From NCBI GenBank assembly GCA_965214705.1, contig OZ243972.1, forward strand, positions 1,824,001 to 1,888,000: a stretch of DNA of 64,000 nt, given 5' to 3'. Positions 58,041-64,000 of this stretch are shown here, in pieces. This DNA is from Alphaproteobacteria bacterium (GTDB lineage Bacteria > Pseudomonadota > Alphaproteobacteria > UBA828). Position 1 is the stretch's first letter. Each line of letters opens with the position of its first letter. The notes under the pieces are model-generated. The model had not been told where the DNA came from. It saw only the letters and a program-made list of their open reading frames with translations, and did not search any database. The position numbers were made by a program, and so were the translations under genes.

Positions 58041-58516
58041 GGCTTCGCTGCCGGCGGCTCGGTCGGGACCGTGACCGAGGTCACGACCGAGGCTGCAGCG
58101 ATACGTGCCCGCTCCTCGCCCAGCACCGAGGCGAGCGCCAGCCGCAGCTCTTCCGAGCGGCCCGACCCGGCCATCGCAGACGCCCACGCGGCGAACATCA
58201 CCGCGATCCTCTCCTGCATGTCGCGCACAAGGGGACCCGCATCCTCCCCCTCCAGCATCAGCGCGTGAACCTCCCGCAGCGCCTCCAGCTGCTCCCGCTG
58301 CTCGTCCTTTGCCAGCGCCAGCGCGGGCCACTCGTGCCGGGGACCCGCGTCCTCTTCCGATGCGTCCCGCTCCACCAGCCCCAGCAGGTAGCGCGCGATC
58401 GACAGGCCGCGCCGGTCGGCCTTGTTGCGAACGGTCTCCCACTCCGCGTCCGTCGCCGAGATCGAGATGTGCCTGCTCGGCCTGCGCGCCTTCCGCCGAC
58501 GCCGCACCCGTCTCAC
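57980..58516 (-). CDS. Ribbon-helix-helix (MobC/TrwA-like) protein 3
   Basis: RHISISATDAEWETVRNKADRRGLSIARYLL; GTGA overlap with upstream gene. Confidence 0.7.
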   Translation of the reverse strand: MRRVRRRRKARRPSRHISISATDAEWETVRNKADRRGLSIARYLLGLVERDASEEDAGPRHEWPALALAKDEQREQLEALREVHALMLEGEDAGPLVRDMQERIAVMFAAWASAMAGSGRSEELRLALASVLGEERARIAAASVVTSVTVPTEPPAAKPEVAPEASAGETDSRQDRLL

Positions 58517-58824
58517 GGCGCACGCTCCCTCGCAAGGACGGAGATCGCGCTCAAAAGGCTCAGCCCGCTGCCCCCCGGAAGCTCGCGCCGGAGAGCCCGC
58601 ACGAATGCCTGCAACTCCCGAACCCCGTCCCGCTGTTCCACCTGTTCCTCTTCCGTGAGCACCAGAGGATGGCGGTCCGGATCGTCGGCGAGCGCGAGAT
58701 CCAGAATATAGCGCGACACGGTCTTCTCCGCCGCCGCCGCGCGCTCCCGGATCATCGCCTGCTCGGCCGGCTTGCAGTGCAGGCTCCGCTGACGCCTGCC
58801 GGGCCGCGCCGCCGACTCCGTCAC
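58513..58824 (-). CDS. Ribbon-helix-helix (MobC-like) protein 2
   Basis: RQRSLHCKPAEQAMIRERAAAAEKTVSRYILDLAL; GTGA overlap. Confidence 0.72.
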   Translation of the reverse strand: MTESAARPGRRQRSLHCKPAEQAMIRERAAAAEKTVSRYILDLALADDPDRHPLVLTEEEQVEQRDGVRELQAFVRALRRELPGGSGLSLLSAISVLARERAP

Positions 58825-59192
58825 GATCCTTCCTCCTCAGCCGGCACCGCCGCCTTCCAGCGGTTCGCAGCGCCTGGATCGGTGAGCCGGTCCAGCATGC
58901 CCTCCCGATCGATCCATTCGTCCACCGCGTCGCAGGCGTCCTCCCAGGCCGCACCGGCGCCCGCCCCGCGCAGCCGCCTCTCCTCCAGCATGGACATCAC
59001 CAGCATCTCGCGGACCGCCCGGCGCAGAACCTCCGGCGGCAGAGGGTCCCGGTCCAGCGCGCGATGGATCACGAAGCGCGACAGGTCCATGCCGCTCGCC
59101 GCAGCCGCCCGGCCGATGCGTTCCCACTCCGCATCGGTGGCCATGACCGCGCGCTGGCGCCGTCCGCCGGCATCCTCCCTCATGGTGGCCAA
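58821..59192 (-). CDS. Ribbon-helix-helix (MobC-like) protein 1
   Basis: RQRAVMATDAEWERIGRAAAASGMDLSRFVIHRAL. Confidence 0.75.
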   Translation of the reverse strand: MATMREDAGGRRQRAVMATDAEWERIGRAAAASGMDLSRFVIHRALDRDPLPPEVLRRAVREMLVMSMLEERRLRGAGAGAAWEDACDAVDEWIDREGMLDRLTDPGAANRWKAAVPAEEEGS

Positions 59193-59440
59193 CCGCCCGA
59201 CAATACATGCCGCGACCGGGACACGCGTCCCCTAGAGCATGCAGAATATATGACGAAAATCCTATGGCATTCCTCGCGACCGCTAGTATATGCCGCCATT
59301 GTGTCCTCGCAGAGCCGCCCACACTAGTCACAAGACCATACCCGAGCTCTACGCCGATATCCACAACCCACTTCCCCGCGTGCAACTCCTGAGAGACACA
59401 AGATCTGCCATTGTGTTCTCCAACTCCGCCCAATCCGCCC

Positions 59441-59469
59441 TTGACAAGCATCCTAACCCACTGTAACGT
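59441..59469 (+). promoter_or_regulatory. Candidate sigma70 promoter facing out of the element
   Basis: TTGACA-17 nt-TAACGT, ~70 bp inside the right att site. Confidence 0.55.
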
Positions 59470-59537
59470 AGTCCACATACGGGAGAAAAGAGCAACCCTG
59501 CGTCAGCCCCGATGCACTGTTAATTCGCCTAGTATAG

Positions 59538-59550
59538 AGCACACCAGCGT
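59538..59550 (+). repeat. Right att core of the traD-integrated element
   Basis: AGCACACCAGCGT, followed directly by traD codons for SGTTGSGKT. Confidence 0.85.
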
Positions 59551-61153
59551 CTCGGGCACCACCGGGTCCGGCAAGACGGTGCTGATCTCGGACCTGGTGA
59601 CGCAGATCCGGGCGCGCGGTGAGCGCTGCGTTCTCTACGACAAGATGGGCTCCTACACCCGGTCCTTCTTCGACAAGGACCGGGACGTGCTGCTCAACCC
59701 GCTCGACGCGCGCGCGCCGCGCTGGTCGCCGTTCCTGGAGGCGAGGAACCCGCGCGACTTCGACATGATGGCGGCCGCGCTGATCCCGCAGCAGAAGGAC
59801 ACGGTGGACCCGTTCTGGGTGACGGCGGCGCGCCAGCTCTTCGCCAACGGGGCGGGCGTGCTGCGGGGCAAGGGCGAGACGCGCAACAAGGTCCTGGTCG
59901 ACCACCTGCTCAAGACCGACCTGACGGCCCTGGCCCAGGCCATGGAAGGCACGGTTGCCCAGTCGATCGTCGATCCCGAGAACCCCAAGACCGCGCTCTC
60001 GGTGCGCGCCATGCTGACCGCCAACCTGGGCGCATTGGAGTTCCTGCCCGACGAGGGCAAGCCGTTCTCGATCCGGGAGTGGATATCGGACGAGGAGCGC
60101 GAGGGGTTCCTGTTCCTCACGTCGCGGGGCGACCAGCACGCCAGCCTGCGCGGCCTCATATCCACCTGGCTGGAGATTGCCGTCAACGCGATGCTCTCGC
60201 TCGCCCAGGACGACGGCCGGCGCATCTGGGTGATCCTCGACGAGCTGCCGACGCTGCACCAGGTGCCGTCGCTGCAGCCGGGGCTTGCCGAATCCCGCCA
60301 GTTCGGCGGCTGTTTCGTGCTGGGTGTCCAGGTGGCCTCGGCGCTCCGCGACCTCTACGGCCGCAACGGCGCGGAGACGATCTCGGGGCTCTGCGGAACC
60401 CGTGTCGTGCTGGCGGCGCCGGACCGCGACACCGCGCAATGGTCGGCCGACAGCCTGGGGCGCAGCGAGGTCGAGGAGGTGTCCGAAGGGGTCAGCTACG
60501 GCGCCAACACCATCCGCGACGGGGTGAGCCTGACGCCGCGCCGCGAGCTGCGCGCGCTCGCGCTCCCTTCCGAGATCATGCGGTTGGAAAACCTCGCGGG
60601 CTATCTCAAGTTCCCCGGCCCCTTCCCGGTCGCCTCGATCCGCCTGAAATACGTCGCCCGGCCGAAGGCTGCCGAGCGGTTCGTGCCGCGCGAGGGGGAT
60701 GGCCCGGCGCCCGCCGGGCAGCCGGGCGGTGTCGTGATTCCTCCCGAAACCGGGGATGCAGCGTCCCGCGGGGAGGACGGCATGACGATCCCGGAGCGGG
60801 TGGAAGCAAATCCGTCAGCCGGCGTTGCGCTCCCGGCGCCGGAGGGCGGGCGGACATCCGCCGCGCGCCAGGGTGAGCTCGACCTTCCGCCGCTGCCGGG
60901 AGAGGCCGGGAGCGCGGAAGCGGAGCCCGAGGGACCCGGGAATCGCGGTTCCGGAAAGAAAGACGGCCGGGGCCAACCGCAGGCCGGCGTGGTGACGGCC
61001 GCGGCATCGGAGGCGGACGGGGAAGCTGCGACGGCGGAAGACACGCCGCCGGACGACGGGCTGGAAGCGCAAACCCAGCCGGCCGGGGCGCCCGCGACGG
61101 AGGAGGAAGGCGCGGCGGGGCCGGACGCGGGCCGCGCCTCCGACTGGGCCTGA
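59551..61153 (+). pseudogene. traD: Coupling protein TraD, 3' part
   Basis: SGTTGSGKT Walker A, YDKMG, NPLDAR, DPFW, ILDELPTL Walker B, RQFGGCFVLG. Confidence 0.93.
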
Positions 61154-61154
61154 C

Positions 61155-64000
61155 ATGCTCTCCATCGGCGCGCTGTCCTCGGCCGCCCAGGGCGCGTCCT
61201 ATTACGAGCGCGACGGCTACTACGCGAAGGACGACCCCGAGCACCGGGAGGCGAGCGGCTGGGCCGGCAAGGGGGCGGAAGAGCTCGGACTGGAGGGTCC
61301 GGTCGACCCCGGCACGTTCAAGGCGGTGCTCGGAGGCAAGGTGCCGGACGGCTCCGGCACCGAGCTCGGCCGGCGCGGCAAGGACGGCGAGATCCTCCAC
61401 CGCCCCGGCCGCGACCTTACCTTCTCGGCCCCGAAATCGGTCTCGCTGGCCGCGCTGGTGGGCGGCGACAGGCGCATCGTCGACGTCCACGACCGCGCCG
61501 TCGCGGCGGCGCTCGACTGGGTGGAGCGGAACGCGGCGGAGACCAGGATGAAGGACCCGGAGACCGGGCGCATGGTGCGCGCCGGCAACCAGAAGATCGT
61601 CGCTGCCACCTTCCGCCACGACACATCCCGCAACCTCGACCCGCAGCTCCACACCCACGCCGTGCTCGCGAACATGGTCAAGGGCGAGGACGGCAAGTGG
61701 CGCTCGATGGCGAACGAGAAGCTCTACGGCTCGAAAATGCTGCTGGGCGCGCTCTACCGGAGCGAACTCGCGCACGGGCTGAAGGACCTTGGTTACGACA
61801 TCGAGAAGACCCATGCCGACGGGCGCTTCGAGATTGCGGGCGTCTCCCGGGAGGCCATCGAGGCGTTCTCGAGCCGTCGCGCCGAGATCGAGGCGGCGAT
61901 GGAAGAGCGCGGGCTGGGTGCTTCGGGCGACAATCCGCGCATCGCGGAGCGGGCCGCGCTGATGACGCGAGCGAAGAAGCGCGACATCGACCGCGACGAA
62001 CTGCGCGGCGTGTGGCAGCGCCAGGCCGCCGATCTCGGCCTCGATGCGGGCGCGCTGGTCGCCGGGGCGGTGGAACGGTCGGTCTCGCCGGAACGGGAAT
62101 GGGCGGTGGAACCGGGCACCGAGCCCGGCGGCCCCCGTGAGCCGGAGGCGCCGGTGCTGCCGGACGTCGAGAATGTACGCGACGGAAGTGCTGCCGCGAC
62201 CCACGCACCGCCGGAAGAGCGAGCGCCTGTCCGGGAAGATGGAGGCGCGCCGGAACGCGCCGCCGCCGCCGACACGGCGCCGGGTTCGCCCGCCGCGAAG
62301 GCCGTTGCCTGGGCGATGGCGCACCTTTCGGAACGCGCGGCGGTGTTCTCGCGGGGCGACCTCTTCACCGCCGCGCTCACCCAGGCGCCGGGCGCGGTCC
62401 TGGTCGGGGACGTGGAACGCGAGGTGGCGGCGCTGGAGAAGGCCGGCGCGCTGCACGCCGTCGACATGCCGGGCGCCGAGAACTCGCTCGCGACGGAGAA
62501 GACCGCCGGCGAGGAGCGCGAGACGGTGGCGCTCATGCAGACGGGCCAGGGCCGGGGGCGCTCGCCGATGCGCGGCTGGCAGGTGCAGGGGCACCTCAAC
62601 AAGGGGCCGCTCACGGCCGGGCAGAAGGAGGCCGTGAAGCTCATCCTCGGCGCGAAGGACCGGACGGTGGGCGTACAGGGCTATGCCGGGACGGGGAAGA
62701 CCACCATGCTCGACCGCGCGCGGACGCTGGCGGAGAAGAAGGGCTGGCGCATGGCGGGCCTCGCGCCATCGGCCTCGGCGGTGCAGACCCTGGCCGCAGA
62801 GGCCGGCATCGAGAGCGAGACGTTGCAGCGCTTCCTCGCGAGGAACGCCGGCGTTGCCGAGGGGCGACTGACGAACAGGGGCGCGAAGGAGATGCGCGCC
62901 GCCTTCGCGAAGACCATCCTCGTGGTGGACGAGGGCTCGCTCGCCTCGACCGTACAGGCGAGAGACCTGCTCCGGATCGCGAACGAGTTCCGCATCCCGC
63001 GCGTGGTGCTGGTGGGCGACGCGAAGCAGCTCGACGCGGTGGACGCCGGCAAGCCCTTCGCCCAGCTCCAGGCCGCCGGGATGAAGACCGCGGTCATGGA
63101 CGAGATCATGCGCCAGCGCGATCCCGAGCTGAAACAGGCGGTCGAGGCGAGCCTCGCCGGCGAGATCGGCAGGGCGTTCGACAAGCTTGGGAACAATGTC
63201 GCGGCGGTGAAAGCGGACAATATCGCCGGCGCGGTGGCCGCGAGATGGCTCGGCCTCTCGAACGAGGCGCGGGAGAACACCGGCGTGATGGCGCCCTCCC
63301 ACGAGCTGCGGCAGGCGATCAACGGGCATATCCGCGAGCGGCTTGCCCGCGAGGGTCGGCTCCACGGTCCCGCCATGCAGGCCGAACGGCTGGTCTCGAA
63401 GGGCTACACCAATGCCGAGAAGTCGCTTGCCGGCAACTATGCGATGGGCGACGTGGTGGCGTTCCATCGGCCGTACAAGCGGATCGGCGTCGAGAAGGGG
63501 GACGAGCGCCGCGTCGCGGGCGTCGATCACAAGGCAGGCGCGGTGATGCTCGATGACGGCAAGGGCGGGAAGGTCGCGTGGAAACCGGAGGAGATCGGCG
63601 GGCGCCGGGGCGGCAGCGAGGTCTACCGGGCCGAGGAAATCGAGCTCCGGGCGGGCGACCGCATTCGCTGGACGCGCAACGACGCCGGCCTCGGGCTGGT
63701 CAACAGCCGCACGGCGGACGTGATCGCGGTGAAGGACGGCCAGGTGACGTTCCGGCTGGAAGATGGGAAGACGCTCGAACTTGGCAAGGGCGACCCGCAG
63801 CTCCGCCATCTCGACCACGCCTGGGCCTCGACCGTGCACGCATTCCAGGGGCGCACGGTGGACAACGTGATCGCCGCGATGGAGGCTCGGCACCCGCATC
63901 TCACCACCCAGAAGAGCTTCTACGTCGAGATCAGCCGCGCCCGGGACCGGGCCGAGCTGGTCACCGACGACGCGGCCGAGCTCCAGGCCCAGCTTCAGGC
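61155..64000 (+). CDS. traI: MOBF relaxase-helicase TraI of the host element (runs off window)
   Basis: MLSIGALSSAAQGASYYERDGYY, DLTFSAPKSVS, HDTSRNLDPQLHTH, GYAGTGKTT; starts 1 nt after the traD stop. Confidence 0.93.
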   Translation, partial: MLSIGALSSAAQGASYYERDGYYAKDDPEHREASGWAGKGAEELGLEGPVDPGTFKAVLGGKVPDGSGTELGRRGKDGEILHRPGRDLTFSAPKSVSLAALVGGDRRIVDVHDRAVAAALDWVERNAAETRMKDPETGRMVRAGNQKIVAATFRHDTSRNLDPQLHTHAVLANMVKGEDGKWRSMANEKLYGSKMLLGALYRSELAHGLKDLGYDIEKTHADGRFEIAGVSREAIEAFSSRRAEIEAAMEERGLGASGDNPRIAERAALMTRAKKRDIDRDELRGVWQRQAADLGLDAGALVAGAVERSVSPEREWAVEPGTEPGGPREPEAPVLPDVENVRDGSAAATHAPPEERAPVREDGGAPERAAAADTAPGSPAAKAVAWAMAHLSERAAVFSRGDLFTAALTQAPGAVLVGDVEREVAALEKAGALHAVDMPGAENSLATEKTAGEERETVALMQTGQGRGRSPMRGWQVQGHLNKGPLTAGQKEAVKLILGAKDRTVGVQGYAGTGKTTMLDRARTLAEKKGWRMAGLAPSASAVQTLAAEAGIESETLQRFLARNAGVAEGRLTNRGAKEMRAAFAKTILVVDEGSLASTVQARDLLRIANEFRIPRVVLVGDAKQLDAVDAGKPFAQLQAAGMKTAVMDEIMRQRDPELKQAVEASLAGEIGRAFDKLGNNVAAVKADNIAGAVAARWLGLSNEARENTGVMAPSHELRQAINGHIRERLAREGRLHGPAMQAERLVSKGYTNAEKSLAGNYAMGDVVAFHRPYKRIGVEKGDERRVAGVDHKAGAVMLDDGKGGKVAWKPEEIGGRRGGSEVYRAEEIELRAGDRIRWTRNDAGLGLVNSRTADVIAVKDGQVTFRLEDGKTLELGKGDPQLRHLDHAWASTVHAFQGRTVDNVIAAMEARHPHLTTQKSFYVEISRARDRAELVTDDAAELQAQLQ

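Larger units (their letters stand above)
32380..59550. mobile_element. Integrative mobilisable element inserted in traD
   Basis: Flanked by AGCACACCATCGT (32367-32379) and AGCACACCAGCGT (59538-59550); tandem integrases at the left end, relaxase and RHH genes at the right; removal restores a 732-aa TraD. Confidence 0.9.
1..64000. mobile_element. F-type conjugative element (probable ICE), extending beyond both window edges
   Basis: Tyrosine integrase at left edge, DUF2285-like and excisionase-like genes, F-type tra operon, traD and MOBF traI; no replication gene recognised in the window. Confidence 0.75.

Noticed and set aside
59340-59385. GGGTTGTGG (minus strand) as an F-like nic site
   Set aside because: Short match without a clear upstream inverted repeat; cannot be supported by eye.
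59411-59550. N-terminal extension of the 580-aa TraD ORF
   Set aside because: Non-coding element end; TraD similarity begins at the att site.

Overview
GC-rich bacterial DNA that is almost entirely mobile. The backbone is an F-type conjugative element, probably an ICE. From left to right it carries: a tyrosine integrase broken by an IS1634; cargo (a HEPN-like ORF, a GAF-PAS-HK-REC-wHTH one-protein regulator and a divergent ~1900-aa FN3/Calx-beta/cadherin surface protein); DUF2285-like activator and AlpA/RdfS-like excisionase genes; a traALEKBVC-trbI-trhF-traW-ssb-traU-trbC-traNFHG operon; traD; and a MOBF traI. The main finding is that traD is split just before its Walker A motif by a 27.2-kb integrated element (32380-59550) bounded by AGCACACCA(T/G)CGT repeats. 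This element has two tandem tyrosine integrases at one end and its own MOBF relaxase plus three RHH genes at the other, but no mating-pair or coupling genes. It looks like a mobilisable parasite whose excision would repair the coupling protein it needs. Nested inside it are a single-ORF IS66-family element carrying two head-to-tail ORF-less group II introns, an RT-encoding group II intron, and two inverted copies of a tyrosine-recombinase + IS91-like HUH element that has a 19-bp terminal hairpin and inserts 5' of TTCCC. One of these copies carries a three-gene IS66, the other an IS1111-type IS110 with a duplicated 164-bp right end. Most junctions can be reconstructed to the base and restore reading frames. 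All family assignments come from motif recognition by eye; no searches were run.
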